Assembly: GCA_032718475.1 (NCBI GenBank)
Contig: JAUCBJ010007515.1
Span: 1-62,252 of the forward strand
Length of the DNA stretch: 62,252 nucleotides
From: Nemertoderma westbladi
Taxonomy: Eukaryota; Animalia; Xenacoelomorpha
Direction of reading: 5' to 3'
The position numbers and the translations under genes were made by a program. Positions 1-11,608 of the stretch are shown here, piece by piece. The notes under the pieces were generated by a model. It did not search any database and was not told the origin of the DNA. It worked only from the letters and a program-made list of their open reading frames with translations. Within the stretch, counting starts at the first letter, position 1; each line of letters begins with the position of its first letter.

Positions 1-190
1 AATAACGACCACCGCAAAAGGTTGAAATGGTTGCTTCTGATTGGCTGCAGTACTAGAAATGGACGGTAATGATGGACTACGGGTGACCATGGCCGGGTGT
101 CCATGTAATGTATACTACTTCCAGCTGATGTTTAGGGCTGCCCTTAGTAGTCTTGTGTAGCAACCATCAATTCGTTGTTCAGTGATTTAG

Positions 191-790
191 TCAGTGTCTA
201 GGTCTCCCCCCATATAAAAATACACTTTGCACTGTGGCTCGAAAGAACTTAGTCTTCAGGTGCCTGGAGAGATCTGATTTCCAGATTGTATCCATTTTTG
301 ATAGAGCTACCCAAGCCTTTGCTTTCCTAACTTCTATGTCCTTTTTGCTACTCTCTATCCATGATCCAAGGTACTGGAAGTCATCGACCTTCCTTAGTTG
401 ATTATTATCAATGGTTGTCAAGTTTCCATCAACATTAAAGGGCATGAATTCGGTCTTTGTACCATTTATATGCAATCAAACCTCCTTAGCAGCCCTTTCC
501 ACTTTATTTAGTAGACGCTGTGCATCTGCTAGGGTATTAGAGAGCAGGGCGATGTCATCCGCAAAGTCGGTGTCTGTGACTGTAGTTGCCGGATATCTAC
601 TACTTCTGCATTCTTGAAGTGTGAATCCCAGGTCTTCACCCTTTGTGGCCGTCCTCATTGCGTAATCCAGCACAATTACAAATAGTAATGGTGCTAATGT
701 GTCACCTTGCAGTACGCCAGCCAGGATTGAGAAAAACTCAGTTTCACCATCTGGTGAGAGTACCTGCGCTTCTGTGTCACAATATAACAA
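191..790 (-). pseudogene. LINE reverse transcriptase, C-terminal half, frameshifted
   Basis: QGDTLAP, FADD and YLGS motifs split over two ORFs (476-790, 191-475). Confidence 0.85.
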
Positions 791-2070
791 TCCAATGCCA
801 GTTTAAGATCGTCCTTATCTTTCTCAACCTTGTTAATGTTTTCGGTTGTTGGTTGTTCGGTTTTAACTTTGTAGGCTATCTTAAGATCTTCACTCTTACA
901 AGTAACCTCAGAGTTTTGCCATGGCACATATTGTTTTCGTTTGGATTTCTGGGGGATTTGCCTCTTAGCTGATTCCTTGTGGGCTGTTATTATATTCTGG
1001 TATATTGAATTGGTGGATTGGTCTTCATCCATTGACTGAAGTGCTTCAAAGCGGTTTTGAACTTCTACTGTATAAGCATCCTTTACAGCATTGTCAGTTC
1101 TGAGTTTTTCCCAGTCATATTTGATTTGCTTGCTTGTCCTGGGTTTGCTGGCTCTCAAACTGAGTCTGATCTCTGCAGTCACAATTCTGTGGTCCGAACC
1201 AATTAGGTTGAACGAGCTGTATGCCTCGCAGTTGATCATGCTGTTTCTCCACTTTTTGTTTATGAGGATGTAATCCAGTTGTGCTTTGGTTCCATTAGGG
1301 TATTGAAAGGTCCATAGCTTCCCCTTACTCTTTTCGAATGTGTTGTTTGTTGGTATCAATTCACATTCTTCCATTAGGTCTAAAAGTAAGTACCCATTTC
1401 TGTTAGAACTGGTGTTATAGGTGTAACCCTTGATGTCTTCTGGGCCAATTTGGGCATTCAGGTCACCAGCAATGACTTTAACATTGTGTTTCGGAATGTC
1501 CTTTAAAAGTCCAGTCAGATCTTCATAAAACTTGACTGCTTGTTCTGGCTCTGAGGCATTGGTTGGACTGTAGCAACATATAACTGTTGCCTTGGAATTC
1601 CCATCAAATGTTGTGATCATAACCCTGGAATTTATAGATTCGATGTTGTTTAGGGTCTTAAGTGCAAATGGGCTTAGCAGAATTCCAACTCCACCAATTG
1701 ATGCATTGGCCGAGTTTCTTACTGCTGAGCTTGTTACTAACGTCCATCCATTTCCAATGTCATTGTACTTCATGGCAGTGTTTTCATGACAAATTCGATG
1801 TTCTTGGATGCAGATAATGTCGATGTTATATTCCAATGCCAGAGCGACCATGTCACCCTGTTTGGTATGTGCTTTCAGCGTGCGTGCATTCATTGTAGCA
1901 ATCTTTAGTGTCTTTTTACATTTCAACAGGTTGGTTCTTCTTTCTTCTCGGTCTTCTGTTCCAGTAGCCAATTTATCGACCCCAGCCTGGTGTACCACTG
2001 GGGGACGCGGTCCTTGTTGACCCGGGCGACGACCGAGCCGGTATTTCTCCTGGAGGGTTCTCATACTCAT
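694..2070 (-). pseudogene. LINE ORF, APE endonuclease part, cut by an internal deletion near 797
   Basis: Complete EN domain, then an abrupt out-of-frame join to the middle of RT. Confidence 0.85.
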
Positions 2071-3793
2071 ATCTTTCAGTTGCGGGAGTAAACCGCTTGT
2101 GGTCGCAACTCCTACAAGCGTCTTCGCAGTAGATCGCCATTGGTTGATTACCTTCCGCCGACCTTGTCAGCATGTCTAGCCGTTGGTTGATTACCTTCCG
2201 CCTATCCATGGCCTACAGCCCTGCTGCCGACTGTAGGGGTCCTTTTGTTACACCCTGAACCAAGTGTGCCTCCTGGGTTAGGTTACCTAACACTGGTACA
2301 GGAGCATCCAGTATAGACAGGGCGGGGCGTGTATCATCTCTAATGCAGATGCTTATCAAGCCTTTGCCTTCAATGGTGCCCTAAGCGCTATAGCCCTCAA
2401 TGACTTATTTAGTTGACGGGGCTGAACCAACCCACTCTTGATCAACTAAATAATGAATAGGCTATGCTTATCGGGCCTGCCCTACTGGGCTGGCAGCTAC
2501 AGGTAGTACCACATTACTGCCATAGTGGTAGCAGGATCTGGGGACCTGACCTGACCTGATGAAACAGTTATTTCCTATGGGGCGGTGTTTTATTTTATGA
2601 TGGTGTCTGTTTCGATGTAGTTCTCCAATCTGCGACACAATTCTTCACACATATTCATAGATCCTCTGCATGTGCACATATATACTAGTAACATATATAC
2701 TGTAAAATTACTCCGGAATTCCAGCCAAAGGCTGGATGTGTATTATTGTAATAATTTTTCCTGCCTTGGCCAAACCCACACAATATAATATAAACAAAGA
2801 CGGCAATGTTGACTGCCTGGTCTAGAATGGGCCAATCACAAGCACTTTCTTAATAGGTAAAGGCTTGTAAACTGTAGGCCTACCATGCAGTAAGTATGCG
2901 TTACCCTGAACCAAATGTATATACTGTGTGTATAGGTACAGTAGGTAGCTAAACAGGATTAATGAGCCACCAGCAGCAGCAATATCAAGATACACAATCT
3001 CCATTACGGAAAATCCATTTAACTGTGGTTAAATGACTATTACTGTACCAATAGCGCAGTGGGGGGATTTTAATGAAGGTTCAAACTGCTATTCCACAAA
3101 TATGCTGCTTATGTTTAGTTTATCTTTGGCTTTGGGGTGGGTTGTCAACGCTCTTAAAAGGTGTGAAACAGTCGTAATTTAAGGAAGCCAAGTCGTATCA
3201 GGTTGTAATGGTCGTAAAATACGTAGCCAGGCTGAGATTATTACTGTAGTTTACCCACGCCTACTCCAACACTACTAACTATTACCGGAGGCCTACACAA
3301 AACCAACAATTAAATGAATAATAATTATTATTGTTATTATGTCTGATCCATAAAATCAGAGTTAGTGATACTACACCTGTCGTGGAAGTCTATATCTCCT
3401 TGTAAGCGTAATATTGTACCGGTAAGCCTGAGTGAGCAAAATATTAATAAAATATATTCAAAAAAATTGCCAATTCAAATAATTAGTAACTGAAATTAAT
3501 TATTACTGAAGTTGTAGCTGAAAACCCCGCCCAGCAAGGTGGGCTTAGCTTTGTATTAGAGAAACTCCCCTTGGAAATTGTAAACGGGATTTGTATTTCA
3601 GACTGACAGACTCCAGTTCTAAACGTTTACATCCACAACTTCAGCTGCGGGTATATTTAAAATTAACTAACTAACTCAAACAGTTAACAACTCTGCCTTC
3701 AAAAACTATAACTAACTTAAACTTGTCGTCATTTATAATATACTTACATAATGAGTGCAGTCACAAATACATTACAGATACAGATACGATACC

Positions 3794-3964
3794 TAGTTGC
3801 CGAAACGCGACTTCAGTTCGCCGAAATGCAACTACGAGTTGCCGAAATGCAACTACGAGTTGCCGTAACACAACTATAGCAGTTGGTGACACGTAATTGT
3901 TCAGTTGCCGATACGCGAATTTGAGTGGCCTAAAACGTGACAGTTGCCGAAACGCGACGTAAGC
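3794..3964. repeat. Degenerate ~21-bp tandem repeat (AGTTGCCGAAAYGCRAC core), probable transposon subterminal repeats
   Basis: About 8 imperfect copies visible. Confidence 0.6.
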
Positions 3965-4439
3965 TTTCCAACTGGTTCATCGATTCCTAACGAATATATT
4001 TTTTTGTAATGGCGACATAATTGACGTTTTTGTATTGGATTGCCTATTAATTATTTATTATTATTAGCAATGTCTCAACGTTTCTCAAGCAAAAACTCCT
4101 TTATGTAGAATAAATAAAATTAATTATGCTCATCTGCCTCTTTGAATGTGAATCTGTATTGTGTATTGCAGTATAAATTATTATTGCCTAACAATATATT
4201 GTGTATAAAGTTAGGCACATAATAATAATACACGTTGTGGGGCCTTCGTGCAGCACGAGAGCCTATATAAGAAAGTGTACTAATCTCTATTAGATATAAG
4301 AAAACCATCATTCCCGAAATATCAATCAGTGATGCTTTCAGGTTACGTTAAACTGGTTGTAAAAAACAGTCCAATTCAGTTTGCCCCTACACGCTTTAAC
4401 TGTGATTTGTAAACCTACTGTATGACCTATCTTAACAAA

Positions 4440-4871
4440 GATAACACAGGAGTTAGGTACGGATATAACCCTGATAAATGTATCAACTCCAATGGGAGAG
4501 ATGCCAATATTCTTATTTCCATATTCCAACTGTTGCCAGTCAATCACTTAAATAATAATACTGGTGTTTTTCACCTTCTTTAGGGGTGAGCACCAAAGTC
4601 AACTAGACTGGTGTCTGATCAACAACTATTGCACCATTGGCTTAATTCATTTAACTTTTCCTGTTGGATACCCAACCCTGTCTCTGACCATCGCCTATTA
4701 CATCTAAATTTTGACGTCTCAAGTAGTGACAACTCACTTGTTGCAAGTGCACTTGTCAGCATGCGGGACATTCTGAAGGAACCAAACAACCAGAGTAAGC
4801 GGCAAAAAAACCCATCAAACAATATCAACATGACAAAAATGACTTAATTTTTCAACAATAACATCCCATCT
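4440..4871 (+). mobile_element. Decayed APE-type LINE fragment (endonuclease C-terminal part)
   Basis: Frameshifted translation NSNGR...FTFFRGEHQSQLDWCLI...SDHRLLHLNF fits the APE FT..S.LD..L..SDH signature. Confidence 0.6.
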
Positions 4872-4880
4872 GTGATTGGG

Positions 4881-5610
4881 GGACGTTAGTGCCCGCGAGA
4901 CGTTAATGCCCGTGAGACGTTAGTGCCCGCGAGACGTTAGTGCCCGCAAGACGTTAGTGCCCGTGAGACGTTAGTGCCCGCGAGACGTTAGTGCCCACGA
5001 GACGTTAGTGCCCGCGAGACGTTAGTGCCCGCGAGACGTCAGTGCCCACGAGATGTTAGTGTCCGTGAGACGTTAGTGCCCGCGAGACGTTAGTGCCCAC
5101 ACGAGATGTTAGTGCCCGCGAGACGTTAGTGCCGCGAGACATTAGTGCCCGCGAGACGTTAGTGCCCGCGAGACGTTAGTGCCTGCGAGACGTTAGTGCC
5201 CGCGAGACGTTAGTGCCCGCAAGACGTTAGTGCCCACGAGACGTTAGTGCCCGCGAGACGTTAGTGCCCACGAGACGTTAGTGCCTGCGAGAAGTTATTG
5301 CCCACGAGATGTTAGTGCCCGCGAGACATTAGTGCCCGCGAGACGTTAGTGCCCGTGAGACATTAGTGCCCACGAGACATTAGTGCCCGCGAGACGTTAG
5401 TGCCCCTGAGACGTTAGTGCCCGCGAGACATTAGTGCCCGAGAGACGTTAGTGCCTGCGAGACGTTAGTGCCCACGAGACGTTAGTGCCCGCGAGACATT
5501 AGTGCCCGCGGGCACTAATGTCTCAGGACTTTAGTGCCCGCAAGTCATTAGTGCCCGGGAACCATGTCTGCAAGTGAGACGTTAGTGCCCGCGAGTCATT
5601 AGTACCCGCA
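4881..5610 (+). repeat. 17-bp minisatellite GAGACGTTAGTGCCCGC, ~37 regular copies plus a degenerate tail
   Basis: Direct reading; palindromic turn ATTAGTGCCCGCGGGCACTAAT near 5498-5519. Confidence 0.95.
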
Positions 5611-6179
5611 TTGTATTTGGAAGTTAGTATAAGGCAATCCGTATTTCTTCTTACTTATACCCCATTCAACCAAGTCGTCCATTAACATACACTAATTTAA
5701 TTAATTTCCTAATTTAATTAACTAAAAGTACTACTTTACTTTTAAATTGTCGACAAAATGTCAGACAGTCGACTGAGTATTTTTCTTGAAATCATTAATT
5801 AATTACTAAAATATATTAGTTAGTGCGTCCTCCGACGATTATACTGACTGTAGTACTGCACCTTGTTTTTTTTTATTACACACTGTCTCCAGTAAAGTTA
5901 AACAAATTAAACATACTCAATCAAAAGTAGGCTATCTATAAACAATCAAACGATGTTGCTTAATCCTCATTCCTTGAAGACTTTACCGCAAAACCAAATA
6001 ATATAAATGCTACAATGTCTAGCTGAGGTTAATAAATGTTTTAATCACAAAAGAAAAAAAAGATCCAAGTTGAAAATAAAATGTTAAATAACGAGATGCG
6101 GGAACTAAAGACTGGAAATTACCTTAGAAGTTTGAAGAAAGTAACGACTCGTTTGCATCAGCAGGAACTAAAGCAGCGG

Positions 6180-6444
6180 TGCTGTGTTGGGCCTTAGGCC
6201 AAGTAGATACGATAAACAATAAATAATATTCTGATACCGACATCTATATTAATTTGTGAATCCAATCATATACATAGTTATATACCAACAGTCCAACATA
6301 AGTAGTCTGCCGCTAGCTACCTATGACTGATATGGTAGGCCTACCACTGTACCACTTTACTGCTCAGGGCCTAACTGTTGTACTCTGTAACTGTACCGGT
6401 ACTCCTAGTCCTGTCACCAACTGTATCTACTGTATATCACACCA
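6180..6444 (-). repeat. 3' LTR
   Basis: TGCTGTG...CACACCA on the + strand; one difference seen versus 11116-11380. Confidence 0.97.
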
Positions 6445-6456
6445 ACTCCCCCTTTC
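6445..6456 (-). other. Polypurine tract
   Basis: GAAAGGGGGAGT on the - strand directly before the 3' LTR. Confidence 0.85.
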
Positions 6457-6493
6457 AAGTTGAAAAAATAAATTTTTTCAATGGGGTCATATA

Positions 6494-7052
6494 ACATTTA
6501 AATACAAATACTATGTATATATATATATGTGAAAATAAGTAATAAGGAAACTGTATATATAATGTAAACAAAATTGTTAATTGTTCAAATGATAGTTATA
6601 AGAGTTATGTAATTATATGTACAGTAATTAATTATTTCTCAACCTTAGTAATCAGTCTTTTTAAACAATTGGCCCAGTATAGTTGGTTTTTGTTTTTAGA
6701 TGATTATTTCGAATACGGTCACTGCGTCTAATAATCTGTTGATCGTGGTACACATTTTCTGACTGAACATTTACTGACATTTAAATACAAATACTATGTA
6801 TATATATATATGTGAAAATAAGTAATAAGGAAACTGTATATATAATGTAAACAAAATTGTTAATTGTTCAAATGATAGTTATAAGAGTTATGTAATTATA
6901 TGTACAGTAATTAATTATTTCTCAACCTTAGTAATCAGTCTTTTTAAACAATTGGCCCAGTATAGTTGGTTTTTGTTTTTAGATGATTATTTCGAATACG
7001 GTCACTGCGTCTAATAATCTGTTGATCGTGGTACACATTTTCTGACTGAACA
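6494..7052. repeat. 276-bp tandem duplication inside the Gypsy element
   Basis: 6494-6769 matches 6777-7052, with a 7-bp spacer. Confidence 0.9.
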
Positions 7053-7590
7053 GAACATGGGTTGAGAAAATAATTTTCATTCTGGTTATCCTCACCCTTA
7101 CATAATTTAAGGAATCGGCGGTTTCTCCATATCGAATTCCCAGGCATTAAACGAACCCGATATCCACGGTACTCTGTGACTTCTATAATTTCTCCAACAC
7201 GATCCCATTGTTTAGTGCGGTCATTCTGAATATAAACCTTGTCACCGACTGACAAGCTTGGAAGGATTCTAGCTCCTCTATTGTAGTATATCTTCTCTTT
7301 TGCTTTTATATGGAGCAAACGTTTATTCGCACACTCTGTATCTTTTAAGTTTCTTTCGAATAATCCTGGATGTGTGGGAATGAGTGACCTTATTGGTCGA
7401 CCAAATAGACGTTCCGCTGGTGACATTAGATCGGCCCGTGGAGTATTACGGATTTCCAACAGCCCTGCAGCGAATTCTTCGCTGTTGATATTTCCACCAG
7501 GGCATTTTTTAATCAAAGATTTAATTAGCTTCACGTTAGCCTCAGCATGTCCATTGCTTTGAGCATACGTTTGAGTTGATGGTTTCCATG
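6944..7590 (-). pseudogene. Integrase C-terminal remnant
   Basis: YAQSNGHAEANVK (third catalytic E), RNTP...SPAERLFGR, GDKV, WRNRRFL; out of frame with pol. Confidence 0.85.
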
Positions 7591-10500
7591 GCCCTTATTA
7601 GGATTTGGTAATTATTATCATTTATTGCTGAGTTCCGTAGCTCATTTAAGATGGGATCTGAAGGTTCATTATTTGTTTGTGATGAAATAGTACAAATAGA
7701 ACCGATTTTGGAGCTTTCCTTAGCATCTTCTTCATCTTCGACTGATGGCTGATCTATAGGAAACCTTGATAGGGCATCTGGAATCAAATTGCTTTTCCCA
7801 GTCTTCCAAACAACATCAAAATTGTATCCCATTAATTTTTCGTGGTATCCTTGGAGTCTTGGATTTTCGATATCGTTTAAACCCTTATTGTTAAAGATTG
7901 GTACAAGGGGTTTGTGGTCAGTATAGACAATGAATTGAGGTAATCCTGCAAGGTAAATTCGACATTTACAAATAGCCCAGTATATTGCCAGTGCTTCTAA
8001 TTCACAGATGGCATATCTGGTTTCCGCATCTTGTAGGTATCTTGATCCGCACTCGACTAATCTCCTATTACCACTACTGTCTTCCTGTAACAGAGCAAAG
8101 CCTAACCCATTTAATTTTGATGCATCGCACATTAGAATCGTTTGCCGCTTTGGATCGTATATAGATTTTATAATTGGGGATGTCAACAAATCTTTCGTCC
8201 TCTGGAATGCAATCTCATGTTCTGGAAGCCATAAAAATATATTTTTTGATCTTAACAATGGGCGTAGTTCTCGGGTTGCAGAGGCTAACTCATGAGTGAA
8301 TGATCCCAATTGGTTTGCCAAACCAAGGAATGATCTTAAGTCTTTTAAACATTTTGGTTGCGGAAATTCAGATATTGCTGATAACTTCTTGTCATCTACT
8401 GTATAACTGCCGTGTTGTATTTTATATCCGGCGAAGTTGATTTCTTTTTCTCCGAAATAGCATTTCTTTGGATTTAAAGTAATCCCATATCGAAGACAAC
8501 ATTCCAATAGTTCTATGGAAACATCTATGGACTCTCTAAATGTCGCTCGCCCTACTGCTGTGTCATCTACAATTTTCTTTAATCCATGGATTCCACTAAA
8601 TGCAATATCTCCTCTGTATCCGTAGTGATCACCAGAATCCATAAGGCCCATAGGTGCACGTAGAAAATGAAATTTTCCCCATGGTGTCAAAAAAACTGTT
8701 AGCAATTGGCTTTCTTTATCTAATGGGACTTGCCAGTATCCCTTTCGAGCATCTATCTTAACAAAGTATTTATCATTGGGATCAAGGGAAGAAACTGCTT
8801 CAGAGGGCGAAATTGTTGGATGAATTGTGCGTTTTATCTGTTTATTCAAGTGTGTGAAATCCACACATATTCTAACTTCTCCATCAGGTTTTGGCATTGT
8901 TACTAATGGGTGGCACCAATCAGTTGGATTTGGCCCTACGGCTTTGATAATTTCTTTATCTACCATGTTCATTATTTCCTTCTCTGCTTTCTCCTTAAGA
9001 GCTAAGGGTACAGCCCGTGGGGTATATACTGCGAATGGTGTTGCATCTTCCTGTAGACTAACATGGAGTGGTTTCCCGACATCAACCCCAACCATTGGTT
9101 TCAGTATCTGAGAATCATCAAACACAGTTGCATATTTGTCTAATATTATTTGTCGTATGTGCTGGATTTCAGCCTGAGAGGGTTCTAGTGGCAATGTGTT
9201 TATCCACTGAATGCGGTTGGGTTTATCACATTGTTCTTTACTAGGTATATTGGAATTTTCTGTACTATTAATTTTTATAATATGTTTTTCGGTTGCATTT
9301 ATACTCTTATTCATGGTCATTGGGAAGGGGAAGGTATCTGGAATAATTTGTAATTCTTTACAATCTTGTAAGGATAAATATAGCATTTCAATGTTTGAGC
9401 ATATAATAATGTTGGTGCTGACAGTCCATCCTCCTACACTAATATCAGCATCTAGATTTCCAAGCTGTTCTAAGAATCCGCCATTTACTGATTGAAATTT
9501 ATCTGAGTTAGGTGGATTAAGGCAGATTGAATCTATTAAACCTAAGCTGTGTAAAAATTTTACACCAGCTACAGTAACATCGGATCCAGAATCTGGTTGA
9601 GCTTCAATTTTACCGATTTCTCGTCCTTTTATTTTGATAGAAATTAGCAGTCTTTTTTTTAGGTTTATAGCTCCAACTGTAGTGCATTTGCCTATTCGTG
9701 AAATAACAGCTATATTGTATTGTTTTGTATAACAAAAATTTTGAAAATGACCCGTCCTTCCACATCGGAAACATGTCCTCCCAGCTGCAGGGCATGGTCT
9801 ATCAGTTGTATGGGTAGTGGTCTCACCACATCCTGTACAAGCCTTTGTATTCTGTTGACTGAATATTGGTTTAGTTTGAGGATTTTGTAGATTTACATTA
9901 ACTGGCTGGGAGCGATTGTTATTGGGAGGAAAACGCTGAAATTCTCTTTGCCCTTTTGCAGTATATGATCCAGTATTACTAAATTTATTTCGACGATATG
10001 TTGTTTGTTTGGCAGCTGCAATTTCATAGGAATCTATGTTCTTTATTCCATCCAATTTAGGTGCTGTTTCTCGCGCCGACTCTTCTATCATAAATTTCTT
10101 TACGGTGTCTTCCAGATTTAGTGCGGGAACTTCTTTCAGAACAAGACGCTTAGCCTCTTCATCTCGTGCACCCAGTATGAAAAGTGACGTTGCTAATTGA
10201 TCGTATGTCAAAGTTCTGGCTTCTGCATATTCACCGAGTTCAAGCAATCGAGTATAATACTTACCAACTTTCTCACCTGGCTGCTGTTTAACCTTTAAAT
10301 AAAGTTGAATGTCTTCATTGATATTTCGAATTCCACGCAAATATTTTGCAATACCATTGAGTACTTCATCCAGGTCCATTGTTGTATTTTGTGGAATTTT
10401 ACCCAGTCGATGTATCATGTCTAAGAAATCGGGGGTACAATTAGTCCATAACATTGCTAATTGTTTATCACGGGGTTTCGATTCTATTCCAACTAATAAA

Positions 10501-10979
10501 GCATAGTTATTCCATGATTTTCTCCAATTTGCGAATTGGTGAATATCTACATTGGCTTCAATCAGGGGTGGAGCTTTAACAGTTGCTCTCAAAGATCCAT
10601 CTGTTTCCGGATGCGATTTAGGGGTGGGACTTGGCTTCAACTCCTCTGTGGGGTGGGCTCGATTTTCCTCTTCAAGGAGGTCGGATACTACACTAATGTA
10701 GTGTACAACTTCACAATCTATATTTTCCACGTCTGCGTCAACGTCCTGCATTGTAGCAGCCTGACATTTTAGTACTAGGTCTTCCGCGTTAAAAAATGTC
10801 TCCGATTTCTCCTCAAACCGTCGTAAAGCTGCCCGGATACCCGAGCCAGATCCCCGTGTGCCTGGCTTCGAAGTTCTGAACATTTCTATTTCTCGTTCTA
10901 ACGTATTTTTCGTCCGCGTTACTTGCCCCTTTAGTGTCCGTCTGGACAATTTAGCGGAATTTAATGCTTCCTCTGCCAT
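7542..10979 (-). CDS. Gag-Pol polyprotein (gag, aspartic protease, RT, RNase H), truncated before the integrase core
   Basis: CTGCG..H..C and CFRCGRTGHFQNFC knuckles; DSGS protease; RICVDF, DARKGYWQ, PMGL, IVDD RT motifs; CDAS, ELEALA, TDHKPL, PDALSR RNase H. Confidence 0.93.
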   Translation of the reverse strand: MAEEALNSAKLSRRTLKGQVTRTKNTLEREIEMFRTSKPGTRGSGSGIRAALRRFEEKSETFFNAEDLVLKCQAATMQDVDADVENIDCEVVHYISVVSDLLEEENRAHPTEELKPSPTPKSHPETDGSLRATVKAPPLIEANVDIHQFANWRKSWNNYALLVGIESKPRDKQLAMLWTNCTPDFLDMIHRLGKIPQNTTMDLDEVLNGIAKYLRGIRNINEDIQLYLKVKQQPGEKVGKYYTRLLELGEYAEARTLTYDQLATSLFILGARDEEAKRLVLKEVPALNLEDTVKKFMIEESARETAPKLDGIKNIDSYEIAAAKQTTYRRNKFSNTGSYTAKGQREFQRFPPNNNRSQPVNVNLQNPQTKPIFSQQNTKACTGCGETTTHTTDRPCPAAGRTCFRCGRTGHFQNFCYTKQYNIAVISRIGKCTTVGAINLKKRLLISIKIKGREIGKIEAQPDSGSDVTVAGVKFLHSLGLIDSICLNPPNSDKFQSVNGGFLEQLGNLDADISVGGWTVSTNIIICSNIEMLYLSLQDCKELQIIPDTFPFPMTMNKSINATEKHIIKINSTENSNIPSKEQCDKPNRIQWINTLPLEPSQAEIQHIRQIILDKYATVFDDSQILKPMVGVDVGKPLHVSLQEDATPFAVYTPRAVPLALKEKAEKEIMNMVDKEIIKAVGPNPTDWCHPLVTMPKPDGEVRICVDFTHLNKQIKRTIHPTISPSEAVSSLDPNDKYFVKIDARKGYWQVPLDKESQLLTVFLTPWGKFHFLRAPMGLMDSGDHYGYRGDIAFSGIHGLKKIVDDTAVGRATFRESIDVSIELLECCLRYGITLNPKKCYFGEKEINFAGYKIQHGSYTVDDKKLSAISEFPQPKCLKDLRSFLGLANQLGSFTHELASATRELRPLLRSKNIFLWLPEHEIAFQRTKDLLTSPIIKSIYDPKRQTILMCDASKLNGLGFALLQEDSSGNRRLVECGSRYLQDAETRYAICELEALAIYWAICKCRIYLAGLPQFIVYTDHKPLVPIFNNKGLNDIENPRLQGYHEKLMGYNFDVVWKTGKSNLIPDALSRFPIDQPSVEDEEDAKESSKIGSICTISSQTNNEPSDPILNELRNSAINDNNYQILIRAMETINSNVCSKQWTC

Positions 10980-11104
10980 TCTATATAATTAACGAGTACA
11001 GTGTCTGAATTGATCGAAATCAGTTATTGCTGCATTGGTAGGTGGTGGTAGGCTTTAGGTTTTTTGAGTTAACTTACCAGTTGTAGGTAAGGTACATAAA
11101 TACA

Positions 11105-11115
11105 GAACTGCGCCA
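11105..11115 (-). other. Primer-binding site, likely tRNA-Ser
   Basis: TGGCGCAGTTC directly after the 5' LTR; TGGCGCAG is the tRNA-Ser-type PBS start. Confidence 0.7.
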
Positions 11116-11380
11116 TGCTGTGTTGGGCCTTAGGCCAAGTAGATACGATAAACAATAAATAATATTCTGATACCGACATCTATATTAATTTGTGAATCCA
11201 ATCATATACATAGTTATATACCAACAGTCCAACATAAGTAGTCTGCCGCTAGCTACCTATGACTGATATGGTAGGCCTACCACTGTACCACTTTACTGCT
11301 CAGGGCCTAACTGTTGTACTCTGTAACTGTACCGGTACTCCTAGTCCCGTCACCAACTGTATCTACTGTATATCACACCA
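11116..11380 (-). repeat. 5' LTR
   Basis: 265 bp, near-identical to 6180-6444. Confidence 0.97.
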
Positions 11381-11608
11381 AGCGGGAAATGTCTTCCTGG
11401 CCTCTAGTATTTATTACATTATACTAATTAAGTCGCTAGGCGGGCACTAATGTTTCGCGGGCACTAACGTCTCGCGGGCACTAACGTCCGATGGGACATT
11501 AGTGCCCGCGATAATGCGACTACGTGACTGCGGGCACTAAAGGTACTGAAACATTAGTGCCCGCGGGCACTAATGTCTCGCGGGCACTAACGTCCCAAGA
11601 CCCCATCT

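Larger units (their letters stand above)
100..2560 (-). mobile_element. RTE-like non-LTR retrotransposon (LINE), defective copy
   Basis: APE endonuclease motifs (TMNARTL, CIQEHR, GDLNA, LDYIL, SDHR) in ORF 694-2070; RT motifs GVLQGDTLAPLLF and FADDIALL (476-790), then FQYLGS and thumb region (191-475). Frameshifts present; both ends approximate. Confidence 0.9.
6180..11380 (-). mobile_element. Ty3/Gypsy LTR retrotransposon, Mag-like
   Basis: Two 265-bp TG...CA LTRs, AGCGG TSD (6175-6179 and 11381-11385), PBS, PPT, single gag-pol ORF in PR-RT-RH-IN order, two Zn knuckles in gag. Confidence 0.97.
4872..11601. mobile_element. Foldback/MITE-like non-autonomous TIR element (~1.5 kb without the nested Gypsy element)
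   Basis: Left arm 4872-5610 and right arm ~11440-11601 are inverted copies built from the same 17-mer; CCCATCT at 4865-4871 and 11602-11608 is the candidate TSD. Confidence 0.75.

Noticed and set aside
2550-2625. Hammerhead ribozyme (CTGATGA at ~2556 with a GAAACAG/CTGTTTC stem)
   Set aside because: No GAAA core after stem II on the + strand and no CUGANGA on the - strand.
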